From an uncultured Chthonomonadaceae bacterium (GTDB lineage Bacteria > Armatimonadota > Chthonomonadetes > Chthonomonadales > Chthonomonadaceae), in assembly GCA_963817895.1 (NCBI GenBank), contig CAWFQB010000006.1, positions 1 to 64,000 on the forward strand: a DNA stretch of 64,000 nt, in the 5' to 3' direction. Both the position numbers and the translations under genes were made by a program. The notes beneath the pieces are model-generated. The model saw only the letters and a program-made list of their open reading frames with translations. It had not been told where the DNA came from and did no database searches. Positions 51,550-61,667 of this stretch are shown piece by piece (position 1 is the first letter of the stretch; the number at the start of each line of letters is the position of its first letter).

Positions 51550-54500
51550 TCAGCACCCGGATGCAATCATGAGCATGGCTGAATGAGAGTTTTCTTCCGC
51601 ATCGCCGTCAAACCGCTCGGAACCCCTCTCCGACAAAGCGACTGCAACGGCCTCCTCCCAGGTCAGCGCCCGCCCCTCCTCCCAGCCTCGCGCGAACGCT
51701 TCATCTCCCGCGACAGCGCAGGCGGCTGCCACATCGCGCTCGTATTCTTCTCGCGCGCTGGACGGCAGCGGCGCGCCAATCTGTTCCCGCAACGCCTGTG
51801 CCGCTCCCCACAAGCGGGCCGCTCTTTGCATTTCTACGCCCGCCTCGTTGCTCCCCCCTGCCGTTTCCACCGAAGTTGTAGACGCAAGCGTTTCTACCGC
51901 GATAAGAGCGGCGAAGGCATCCAGAAACGAGAGAATGCCAGGCCGACATTCGATGCTCCGCCAGATTGCGAGGCTCTCTTCGTGGCAAGCGCGGGCGGCA
52001 ACATAGTCAGCCCGTATGCGTTCCCGACACCCCAGATTATGGAGTGAGGCGGCGACAGCAAGGGGTTTTCCGATCACTCGTCGGAGCGCCAGGCTCTCCG
52101 CATGGTAAGCTCGACCGGCAGCATCGTCGCCCCGTTTATAGGCTTCATCCCCCAGTTCATACAGGGTGGCAGCAATACCCGGCCGATCTCCGATCTCTCG
52201 TCGAATCGCCAGGCTCTCATCCAGGTAGACCTGCGGGGCAGCATAGTCGCTCCGGTTCCAGGGCACCCTCCCCAGGTTCGTGAGACTACTGGCTATACCC
52301 GGCAGATCTCCGAGTTCCCGAGAGATTGTCAGGCTCTCATTATAGTAGGCCCGCGCAGCAACAGTGTCGTCCTGATCGCTGGTAACATTTCCCATAGAAT
52401 TGAGGACGGTAGCAATACCCAGCCTATCTCCGAGTTCCCGAGAGATTGTCAGGCTCTCAGCAAAGTAGGCCCACGCAGCAGCATAGTCGCCACGAATATA
52501 TTCCTCTTCCCCCAGGTTATTGAGACAGCTGGCTATACTCTGCCGATCTCCGAGTTCCCGAAAAATTGTCAGGCTCTCATTATAGTAGGCGCGCGCGGCA
52601 ACAGTGTCGCCCTGATCGCTGGTAACATTTGCCAGGCAGTTGAGTGACGCCGCGATACCCATCCGGTTTCCGAGTTCCCGCAGGATTTCCCAGGCACTCT
52701 TCAAGGTAGGCGCGCCCAACCGCATAGTCACCCAGAATGCAGGCCAGCATCCCGGCCCCAATGAGTCCTCTCGTTCGCGCCGCCGTTCGCTCCTGCGCTC
52801 CTTTGGCCTGCAATGCTTTCTCGCACCATGCCCGTCCCTCCGTTAGATACCCGCGCGTATGCCAGAACTCCAGCAACGCGCCGCAGATAAGCAAGGGGAT
52901 GGTGGAATACGGCTGAAATTCATCCTGGTTCCCTCGTCCCTCTTTCTCCTCTTTCAGGCTCCAGTCAAGAGCGGCCCGCAAATTCCCATGCTCACTGTCC
53001 AAACGCGTCAACCACGCCTCCTGCTCCGCCGTTATCAGCGCCTTCTCGGCCTGCTCGGCAAATGTCAAACACCACGCCAGATGCCGGAGTTTTACCTGCT
53101 TTGCCTCCTCTCTCGCTTGCAATTCCTGCGCGGCGTATTGTCGCACCATCTCCAGTAAACGGTAACGCCCATCTGCGTGGCCCCGTTCCTCGAATAAGAC
53201 CAGGGACTTGTCCACCAGAGAGGTCAACAGGTTCTGCATCTGCTTCTCCTCAACACCATCCCCGGCACACACCTGCTCTGCCGCTTCCAGAGTGCAGCCA
53301 CCGGCAAAGACAGACAGCCGCCTCAGCGTTGCCCGCTCCGCTTCACTCAACAGGGCGTAAGACCAGTCCAGCGTAGCCCGCAGCGTTTGCTGACGGCCGG
53401 GAGCTGTGCGGCTCCCGGCCGTCAGCAAACCCAGGTTGTCGTGCAGGCGCGAGGCGATCTGCTCGACGGTCATGGCTCTCGCCCGTGCCGCCGCCAGTTC
53501 AATAGCAAGAGGAATACCCTCCAATTGTTGGCACACCTGCGCTACCATCCGCGCATTGCTGCCCGACAGGGTAAAACTTTTTTGTACCGCCTGTGCGCGC
53601 TCTACGAACAACTGCACACTTTCATAACTCATCAGCACGCGAAGCAGGGTGGTGTTCGCCTGTGGCAGATGGGCTGGATCGGGCACAGCCAGAGCAGGAA
53701 CGGACCAGGCTGTCTCGCCCGTGATCCCCAATGCCTCTCGGCTAGTGGCTAAAATTTTTACCGTCGCGCATTCCCGCAAAAGATGGGCTACAACCTGAGC
53801 GCTCGCTTCCAGCAGATGTTCACAATTGTCCAGTACCAACAGGAGCCGCTTCGGACGCAGATGCTCGGTCACACGCTGCAAAGGAGTTCGGTCCGGCTCT
53901 TCTCTAAGCCCCAACACGGAGGCGACCTGTTGGATCACGAGTCTGCCATCGGAGAGCGTGTCCAGCGCCACCAGCCACGCGCCATCGGCATATTCTCGAA
54001 CGACCTCGCTGGCAACCTCGCGCGCCAACCTGGTTTTGCCGATGCCGCCTGCTCCCGTTAGCGTCACCAGGCGAGAACGTCCCAGCCTCACTGCTATCTC
54101 CTGCCGCTCGTCCTCTCTTCCTACCAGGTCCGTCAAGGGATAGGGAAGATAGCCTAAGACCTTCGGAACCTCTAACACGTCCGCCAAAACAACCGCATGG
54201 GAATGTTTTTGTGTCTGCGCTTCGGCTCTCAAACGCTCATACAGGGCGCGTGTCTGTTCATCGGGAACGGCGGCAGGATCGCTCCTCAGAACCGTGAGGA
54301 ATTCGCGGTACACCTGCAAGGCCGCATTACGGTCGCCCTGCTTCGCCAGCGCTTCCATCCACCCGCGCCGCGCCGCATCCGACCAGGCATCCAGACCGGC
54401 GGCTTTCTGGAAATAAGTGACAGCCTCCGCATAGGTTCCTGCCCTCAGCGCGGCTTCTCCTAACTTCTGCAACGCCTGCAAGCACTGCTGTTCCCGGCTG

Positions 54501-54979
54501 GCGCGTTCCTGCGTCACCCATTCTTCCTGACAGCCTTCCAGCAGCGGCCCGCCATACAGCGTCACCGCCTGTTGCAGATGGGCAAGGTTCCCGCTCTGGC
54601 TGTCCCTCTTAATGGCGGCATCAAACGCGAGGACATCTACTTGCGCGCCGGAAAGTTCCAGCAGAAGCGTTTGACGATCCGGCGATTGCAGCCGCGCCCC
54701 TTCCTCTCCCAATGCTCTGCGCAACTCGCTGAGAACGGGGCGCAGGTTGGCAAACGCCTGGCTCTGCTCCAGTTCCGGCCACAGCGTTGCGGCCAGCCAC
54801 TCGCGTTCCACGGGGCGAGAATGGCGCAGGGTCAGCAGCGCCAGCGCCCACAGCGCCTTACGGGAACGAAAAGGCGGAAGGAGGTTGCCCCCCACCCGCG
54901 CCTGCATCGGCCCGAACAGAGTAATGGTTAACGCTTGAACAGCGGTTTGCGCTTCCGCGCCGATCTCTGACGAGGGCAT
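51550..54979 (-). CDS. AfsR/SARP-like regulator 2 (wHTH-BTAD-NB-ARC-TPR); +1 indel near 52690
   Basis: close paralogue of 42634..45647; [17 protein letters not shown], 40-aa TPR repeats. Confidence 0.87.
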
Positions 54980-55058
54980 CGGCCCCCCCTTTCTTCCATC
55001 AACGGAATGTAGAGGAACACTTACGAGACAGCAGATTACAGAGGAATAAATTGTTTGT

Positions 55059-55136
55059 ACAGCAACATTCGAGATACCGGAACGCTTTTCCTGTGGGAAC
55101 GGAACGTTGGGGATAATGTTCGGGTGCCATACTCAT
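55059..55136 (+). promoter_or_regulatory. conserved divergent promoter 2 with CGGAACG direct repeats
   Basis: CGGAACG at 55078 and 55100, 15-nt spacer; aligns with 45713-45791. Confidence 0.7.
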
Positions 55137-55209
55137 TATACGTTCGGGGCGAAAAGACGCTTCGGCGTCAGGGATAAAGTTTACGCGCTCACATGTAAGG
55201 AGAAATCTT

Positions 55210-55713
55210 ATGGCTACGTTGGTATCAATCGTTTACCCCGACAAGAATCAGGCTATCGAAGCGCGCAACGCTCTCACCAGGCTGCAATCGCAGTATCTGA
55301 TTGATGTGATTGACGCTGTCGTTGTCACACGCGACGACAAGGGTAAGACCCATCTCGACCAACTCGCGCCGCTGGTGGAAATGGGCGCGATGAACGGGGC
55401 TTTATGGGGCATGCTCATCGGCATCCTGTTCTTCGCGCCCCTTCTGGGCGTGGCGGTGGGGGCGGTTTCGGGCGCGCTCGCCGGAAAGTTCTCGGACTAT
55501 GGCATTGAAGACAACTTTATGCGCGCGCTGGGTGAGCAACTACAGCCGAATACCTCGGCACTGTTTGTGCTGGCGCACGGCGGCACGCCAGAGCGTGTGC
55601 TGCCTGAAATTGCTCCTTACGGCGGCACCGTGCTGCAAACCTCGCTTCCTGCGGCAGCCGAAGAGCAGCTGAGAGTTGCGCTAAGTCAGGGACAGCTTGC
55701 GGGACAGTCGTAG
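55210..55713 (+). CDS. DUF1269 family membrane protein
   Basis: DAVVVTRDDKGK, GALWGMLIGILFFAP, DYGIEDNF, GGTVLQTSL. Confidence 0.85.
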   Translation: MATLVSIVYPDKNQAIEARNALTRLQSQYLIDVIDAVVVTRDDKGKTHLDQLAPLVEMGAMNGALWGMLIGILFFAPLLGVAVGAVSGALAGKFSDYGIEDNFMRALGEQLQPNTSALFVLAHGGTPERVLPEIAPYGGTVLQTSLPAAAEEQLRVALSQGQLAGQS

Positions 55714-55808
55714 CGGCGCGCAGAGGTGAGCGGAAGCAGGCCGGAACAGGGTCGCCGTGTTCAGCCTGTGCCGGTGGAACACTGCTGTGACGACACAAGG
55801 AACAAACG

Positions 55809-56495
55809 ATGAACCCTGCGAACGAACAATCGGTACTGGCTCTGCTGCTGGGAGCCTTGTCCATTGCGGCTCTGCACGCGCTGATCCCCTCGCATTGGCT
55901 GGCGTTCGCATTAGTCGGACGGGCGCAACACTGGACAGCGCGACGCACCCTGATTGTTACCGCGCTGGCCGGAACAGGACACGTTCTGCTGACGATAGCG
56001 CTCGGAATGATCCTGGCGGTTTTGGGAAAGGGGCTGCTGCGCGCGATACCGCCCGCCGCGGAACACGCCGCTACAACGGTGTTGCTCATCGCGCTCGGTC
56101 TGTACTTCGCGGTGGGGGGAATACGCCACAAGGGGAGTTGTCATCATCACGGTCACGCGCATGGGGAGGATGGCGTGTGCGCGCCTCCTGAACGGGGATT
56201 GCGCGGGAAGTTGGGAGAGGGGCCGACGGTCATGGGCGCGCTCGTTCTGGGCATGACTCTATCTCCCTGCCTGGACTTGCTATCCGTATATGTGGCCGCG
56301 TCCGCCGCTCCCTGGCCCGTTCTGATCGCCATCAGCGTCATCATGGCCTCCACAACCATAGGACTCATGCTGCTGCTGGTATGGCTGACGCTGCATGGTC
56401 TGGAGCATGTCAAACTCGACTGGCTGGAGCGGAATGAGGGCCTGGGACTTGGCGTTATATTGATCGCATTGGGGGTGCTGTTGTTCTTTTTGTAA
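55809..56495 (+). CDS. putative nickel/cobalt permease (NicO/RcnA-like)
   Basis: LHALIPSHW, GTGHV, His-rich loop HHHGHAH, LSPC. Confidence 0.7.
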   Translation: MNPANEQSVLALLLGALSIAALHALIPSHWLAFALVGRAQHWTARRTLIVTALAGTGHVLLTIALGMILAVLGKGLLRAIPPAAEHAATTVLLIALGLYFAVGGIRHKGSCHHHGHAHGEDGVCAPPERGLRGKLGEGPTVMGALVLGMTLSPCLDLLSVYVAASAAPWPVLIAISVIMASTTIGLMLLLVWLTLHGLEHVKLDWLERNEGLGLGVILIALGVLLFFL

Positions 56496-56571
56496 GCAGC
56501 CATGTTGCGAAATATGGCAATTGTACTGAGGCGCAATGATCCGCTCCTCATTGTGAAAGAAGAGGATTTTC

Positions 56572-57435
56572 ATGTCACAAGTTTGGTTGATTACGGGCAG
56601 TTCCGCGGCCTGGGCCATGCGCTTGCCGAAGCTGCGCTTGCCGCAGGACACCAACTCGTCGCTACCGCGGAATCCCGCGCAGCTTGCCGGCCTGGTGGAA
56701 TGTTACGGCGATCAGGTTCGCGCCGTCGCCCTGGATGTAACCGACCCGCAGGCGGCCAAAGATGCGATAAATACGGCTGTGGAAGCGTTCGGGCGGCTGG
56801 ATGTGCTGGTCAACAACGCGGGCTATGGCGACATTGGCTCCATTGAGGATACGAGCCTCGAAGACTTTCGCGCGCAGATCGAAACCAATCTTTTCGGGGT
56901 CATCAACGTTACCAAAGCCGCGCTGCCGTTGTTGCGGCAGCAGGGAACGGGGCATATCATTCAGGTTTCTTCCATCGGGGGAAGACGCAGCTCACCAGGC
57001 TTTGCTCCTTATCAAGCCGCCAAATGGGGGGTAGAAGGCTTTTCAGAAGCGCTTGCAAAAGAGGTCAGGCCACTGGGAATCAAGGTGACGATCCTGGAAC
57101 CGGGCGGCTTCCGTACGGACTGGTCCGGCGCTTCCATGACCATCCATACCAGTCGGCCTGAATACGATTCCACGGTGGGCGCGGTGGCCCGGTTTCAACG
57201 CGAATACGATGGCACCCAACCGGGCGATCCCCGTAAGGCCGCGGCGGTTATCCTCCAGGTCGCGAGCCTTGAGGAACCACCGCTGCGGCTGCTGCTCGGC
57301 AGCGACGCCGTTCGACTGGCGGAGCAGAACGACGAGACGCGGCGCGAAGCCGACCAGAAGTGGCGGGACCTGAGCGTCTCGACCGACTTCGAGACGGGCG
57401 ACAGTTCTAAAAACTATCCCTGGAAAGAAAAGTGA
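56572..57435 (+). CDS. SDR family oxidoreductase (two compensating indels at about 56603 and 56668)
   Basis: WLITGSS / RGLGHALAEAALAAG in an alternate frame; NNAGYG, YQAAK, EPGGFRTDW. Confidence 0.85.
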   Translation: MSQVWLITGSSAAWAMRLPKLRLPQDTNSSLPRNPAQLAGLVECYGDQVRAVALDVTDPQAAKDAINTAVEAFGRLDVLVNNAGYGDIGSIEDTSLEDFRAQIETNLFGVINVTKAALPLLRQQGTGHIIQVSSIGGRRSSPGFAPYQAAKWGVEGFSEALAKEVRPLGIKVTILEPGGFRTDWSGASMTIHTSRPEYDSTVGAVARFQREYDGTQPGDPRKAAAVILQVASLEEPPLRLLLGSDAVRLAEQNDETRREADQKWRDLSVSTDFETGDSSKNYPWKEK

Positions 57436-57482
57436 TACGCGAGACAGCTTTGCTTGCCATATCAAAGAAGGAGGCCGTAAGA

Positions 57483-57966
57483 ATGTTTTCGACAAAGAAC
57501 GATTTACCCGAAGCTACGCGCGCTGCCATGATCGAGACGCTGAACCTGCGTCTGGCGGACGCCATCGCCCTGCAAACGCAGGTGAAACAGGCGCACTGGA
57601 ATGTCAAAGGTCCGAACTTCATCGGGCTGCACAAGCTGTTCGATGAGATTTCCGGCGCGATGCTGGAAACCATTGATCTTCTCGCGGAACGGGCGGTGCA
57701 GTTGGGTGGCGTGGCGGAAGGCACGGCGTACATGGCGGTGAAACGCTCGCAATTGAAGCCGTATCCCCTGGACATCTCGACCGGCAAAGACCACTGCGAG
57801 GCGCTCTCCTCCGCGTTGGCAACGTTCGGCAAGGCGGCTGCGCAAGGACATTGACGCGGCGGACAAAGCGGGCGACAAGAACACTTCCGACATTTACACA
57901 GAAATCTCGCGTGGCATGGATCAGTGGCTGTGGTTCGTGGAAGCGCACTTGCAAGCCGACGCTTAA
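57483..57966 (+). CDS. dps: DNA starvation/stationary phase protection protein Dps; +1 indel near 57837
   Basis: KQAHWNVKGPNFIGLHKLFDE, DLLAERAVQLGG; next frame RKDID..DIYTEISRGMDQWLWFVEAHLQ. Confidence 0.88.
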
Positions 57967-58003
57967 AACACTATCACTCTGAAAGAGGGAAGGAGGTATT
58001 CCG

Positions 58004-59842
58004 ATGGCAACAGTTTTACAGCGATTCTGCGTTCTCAGCGCCCTTGTTATGGGAACTCATTTATGCCTGCCTGCCGTTTCTCAGCAGCAACACAGGGTAC
58101 ATGTGAACGCGAACCCGGCGTTTGCGCGTGAGATGATGGACAGCATGGCGAAGATGGACAAAGCCATGATGACCGCGCCCATGACTGGCGACCCCGACCA
58201 TGACTTTGCGGCCATGATGATCCCGCACCATCAGGGGGCTGTGGATATGGCGAAAGTCGTGCTGCTGCATGGCAAAGACCCTGTGCTGCGGCGACTGGCG
58301 CAGGAAATCATTGTCACGCAGCAGCAGGAGATCGAAGTCATGCGTCTCCGACTGGCTGGCGCTGAAAGGCGGCATGCCGATGCCGCGCAAGGCCAGCCTG
58401 CCCGACGCCGCGCGACGAGTTCGTCTCGACGGACAAGCCTGCCGCATAAGGAAGAACCAAAAGCCGCCGCTTCGATTGCTCTTTCCAGCCATGACCGGGT
58501 TTATACCGCTGACCAGACCTCCAACACGGTTTCGGTGATTGATCCGGCAACAAATACTTTGCTCGGCGTCATTCGGCTTGGCGATCCGGTTCCGGGCGCG
58601 CTCAGTCCGCTTTATAGAGGACAGTTGCTGGTACACGGCATGGGATTTTCGCCGGATCACCGAACGCTCGCTGTCGTTTCCGTCGGCTCCAATTCGGTTA
58701 CTTTTCTCGATACGGCGACCAACAAAGTAAAGGGAGTAGTCTATATCGGGCGTTCGCCGCACGAGGCGTTCTTTACGCCGGACGGCAGGGAACTCTGGGC
58801 AACAGTGCGCGGCGAAGATTATGTCTCTATCATTGATCCTGTAAAAATGAAGGAGACGCGGCGCGTCCAAACAGCGAACGGGCCGGGAATGGTTCTATTT
58901 CGCCCGGATGGGCGGTACGCCTTCGTAACTTCCAGCTTTACCCCGGAGTTGGATGTGGTGGATACAACGACCTACAAGGTCATTGCGCGCGTTCCGCAGG
59001 TAAGCCCCTTCTCGCCTAATCTGGCGGTCAGCCAGGATGGGCAGGAGGTCTGGTTCACGCTCAAAGACAGCGGCAAAACGCAGGTGATGAGCGCGATTCC
59101 GCCGTTTCATGTTCTCGCGACACTTGCGACCGGCCCGATTTCCAATCATGTCGCGCTCGTTGAAAACGCCAATGGAAAGTTCGCTTATGTGACGGTAGGC
59201 GAAGAAAACGTGGTAAAAGTCTACCGCCGGGGTTCAAAGCCAGAATGGGTTGCAAGCATTCCGACGGGCGATCTGCCACATGGCATCTGGCAATCCGGGG
59301 ATGGAACACGGGTCTATGTCGGGCTGGAAAATCAGGACGCGGTCGTAGCCATTGACACGCTATCGAACACAGCTATCGCTACTATTCTGATTGGTCAGCA
59401 GCCGCAGGCGCTCGTTTATGTTCCCAATGCCGTGCCTGAAGGCGATGGCGTTTCCAATTTGACGCCGCTCGGCGACGCCGGGAACGCCGGGCATCTGACC
59501 ATGAGCGCGCCGGAAGGCAGCGGCAGTCGGGCGCATGCAACGGTTTCGGTGAATGTGTTGGGGCCACTCGACCTGCTGCAAATGGCGGTTTCCGGTCTGA
59601 AACCGGGGCAAATGTACCGGCTCTGGCTGGTGACCTCTCGGACTGCGCCGTTTGGACAAAAGCAGCCGCTTGTCACCTTCAAGACGAATTTGGCCGGGGC
59701 GCAGGTGACGCAGGCGATTGGCCCCTTTCGGCAGGCGCTAACCTCCGCCGGCGAAAATGCGCGGGAACCGCTTCCGCAACGATTTCTGCTGCTCACTGCG
59801 GGAGACAGGGAAACGCCCGAACTGATCCAAAACGCTCCGTGA
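58004..59842 (+). CDS. DUF305 (CopM-like) domain fused to a YncE/YVTN beta-propeller
   Basis: GDPDHDFAAMMIPHHQGAVDMA; RVYTADQTSNTVSVIDP, HGMGFSPD, SPHEAFFTPDG. Confidence 0.8.
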   Translation: MATVLQRFCVLSALVMGTHLCLPAVSQQQHRVHVNANPAFAREMMDSMAKMDKAMMTAPMTGDPDHDFAAMMIPHHQGAVDMAKVVLLHGKDPVLRRLAQEIIVTQQQEIEVMRLRLAGAERRHADAAQGQPARRRATSSSRRTSLPHKEEPKAAASIALSSHDRVYTADQTSNTVSVIDPATNTLLGVIRLGDPVPGALSPLYRGQLLVHGMGFSPDHRTLAVVSVGSNSVTFLDTATNKVKGVVYIGRSPHEAFFTPDGRELWATVRGEDYVSIIDPVKMKETRRVQTANGPGMVLFRPDGRYAFVTSSFTPELDVVDTTTYKVIARVPQVSPFSPNLAVSQDGQEVWFTLKDSGKTQVMSAIPPFHVLATLATGPISNHVALVENANGKFAYVTVGEENVVKVYRRGSKPEWVASIPTGDLPHGIWQSGDGTRVYVGLENQDAVVAIDTLSNTAIATILIGQQPQALVYVPNAVPEGDGVSNLTPLGDAGNAGHLTMSAPEGSGSRAHATVSVNVLGPLDLLQMAVSGLKPGQMYRLWLVTSRTAPFGQKQPLVTFKTNLAGAQVTQAIGPFRQALTSAGENAREPLPQRFLLLTAGDRETPELIQNAP

Positions 59843-59966
59843 GCGCGTTCAGCGGGAGATTACCGTATACGTCTGCCGTCTTCGCGGCGAGCCAACCGTT
59901 CCTGTGGACGGGAATATATCCGCTGTGGAGATTGGTCTCAAAGATGTGAAAAGGAGAGTGACGACA

Positions 59967-60803
59967 ATGAGCCAGACTCGAGTTTCGATGTTGAGCAAAG
60001 GAATAGCAGGCGAGGACAAAACACAATCCTCCCGCCCGAAGGCAAGCGAGGATACATGCGATCAGACAGGCGAACGCTTGTTTTTGGCAGGCGAATACGT
60101 TGCGCCGGGGGAGTATGTGGAGATGGAGACAAACCGGCGTATTGCCCTGCCCGGGCCGGGTTTCCTGCCCGCCCGTTTGGATGGACACGTCGCCTGTTAT
60201 CGCCTGGCGCGGCGCGGCCTGGGAGGAACGGGGGATATGGCGCTGGCAAGGCGACAGGCGCAGTTCCAATGTCTCGCCGAGCAAACTCACAAACGCCTGT
60301 ACAACTTTGCGCGCCGCGCCCTGAATAATCCCCAGGACGCCGAGGATGTGACCCAGGAAGCGCTCACCCGCGCCTGGACGCACTTCGAGACGTTCGATCC
60401 GCGCTACTCTTTCGACGCCTGGATATTTCGGATCGCCGGCAACATACTGATTGATCAGAGTCGCCGCCGCAAACGCCGACAGGAGATCTCGCTGAATGTG
60501 CCCGCGGCCCGCTCGGAAGAAAACGAGGGATTGGGCTGCATGGAACTTGCCGACAGCGCAAGCGACCCGCACGAAAGTTTGATGGCAAAAGAGATCAGCG
60601 CCGAGTTGAAGTGGGCGTTGCGTTCGCTCCCGCCCCTGCATCAGACAATACTTTTACAAGTGGCGCAGCAGCGCTCGTATGCCCAGATCGCTCTCGCAAT
60701 GAATTGCCCCGAAGGAACCGTGCGTTCGCGCGTGTATCGGGCGCGGGTCATGTTGCGGCGCACTCTGAAAGAAAGGACATTCCATGAATACGCAAATGAA
60801 TAG
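59967..60803 (+). CDS. ECF sigma factor with an N-terminal extra domain; start uncertain
   Basis: DAEDVTQEAL, FDAWIFRIAGN, SYAQIA..PEGTVRSRVYRAR; about 90-aa N-terminal extension. Confidence 0.82.
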   Translation: MSQTRVSMLSKGIAGEDKTQSSRPKASEDTCDQTGERLFLAGEYVAPGEYVEMETNRRIALPGPGFLPARLDGHVACYRLARRGLGGTGDMALARRQAQFQCLAEQTHKRLYNFARRALNNPQDAEDVTQEALTRAWTHFETFDPRYSFDAWIFRIAGNILIDQSRRRKRRQEISLNVPAARSEENEGLGCMELADSASDPHESLMAKEISAELKWALRSLPPLHQTILLQVAQQRSYAQIALAMNCPEGTVRSRVYRARVMLRRTLKERTFHEYANE

Positions 60804-61590
60804 CCAGACAGATGCCACGAGCGCGGCGCGTGAGAGGATGGCGCAAGGGGCGTGTCTGCCCCCTGACGCTTCCATGACACCTTTCCCCTGCGCAGATACG
60901 GAGCGGGAAAACGCCCGCTTGCGTTTGGCGTTGCGGGAAGCCCATCATCGCTCCGGCAACCAGTGGCAGTTGTTGCTGGGACTGGCGGAACTGGAACGGA
61001 TACAACCGCAGGCCGAGGGTGCGGGGGGCAGTATGCGCCTGCGGGCCATGATGTCTGCTTTTGCCACCCTCAACCAGTCGCTGGACACTGATGCTGATGT
61101 TTTGACGGGCAGCCGGAATGTCAGCATTCGAGACGCTCTGGAAAACATTCTGGAACCGTTGCAAGCGGCTGCCGAAGAGGACGCCCTTGCTTTTGCGGTG
61201 CAGGATGCGTGGCTGTCGGAGAAGGGATGCGCCGCGCTCCTTCTCATCTGCGCCGAATTGGTGTGTAACGCCACCAAGTACGGGCGCAAGACCACGCAAG
61301 TTGCCTTTCGCGCGCAGGACAGACAGGGTATCCTGGAAGTGCGCGATGATGGCCCCGGCTTCCCGGATGGGTTCCGCATTGAGGAACAAACCCGTCAGGG
61401 ATTACAGCTTGTGGAAACGTTATGTCGCTGCGACCTGAATGGAGAGATGCGCTGCCACAACCATGCGCAGGGAGGCGTCGTCACTCTGACATTTCCTGTC
61501 TTGCCTGCCCCGGAAACCGCCCCGGCAGCGCAAGTAAGCGAAGGCTTATGCGGAATGGAAGGAATTATTTGTCCTCCCGACATTGGATAA
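60784..61590 (+). CDS. HisKA_2-type histidine kinase without a sensor domain
   Basis: H-box LREAHHRSGNQWQ, ELVCNATKYG, VRDDGPGFP, GLQLV. Confidence 0.78.
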   Translation: MNTQMNSQTDATSAARERMAQGACLPPDASMTPFPCADTERENARLRLALREAHHRSGNQWQLLLGLAELERIQPQAEGAGGSMRLRAMMSAFATLNQSLDTDADVLTGSRNVSIRDALENILEPLQAAAEEDALAFAVQDAWLSEKGCAALLLICAELVCNATKYGRKTTQVAFRAQDRQGILEVRDDGPGFPDGFRIEEQTRQGLQLVETLCRCDLNGEMRCHNHAQGGVVTLTFPVLPAPETAPAAQVSEGLCGMEGIICPPDIG

Positions 61591-61667
61591 TCGTAAGTAA
61601 AACAGCAGGTAAGCGCGGGGAAACTCCTCGCGCGGCAAAGGGAAAATAAAAAGGGAAGGATAAACGC

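Noticed and set aside
42634..54979. Avs/NLR-type antiphage system
   Set aside because: N-terminal domain is wHTH-BTAD with a divergent target promoter, not a nuclease, TIR or SIR2 effector
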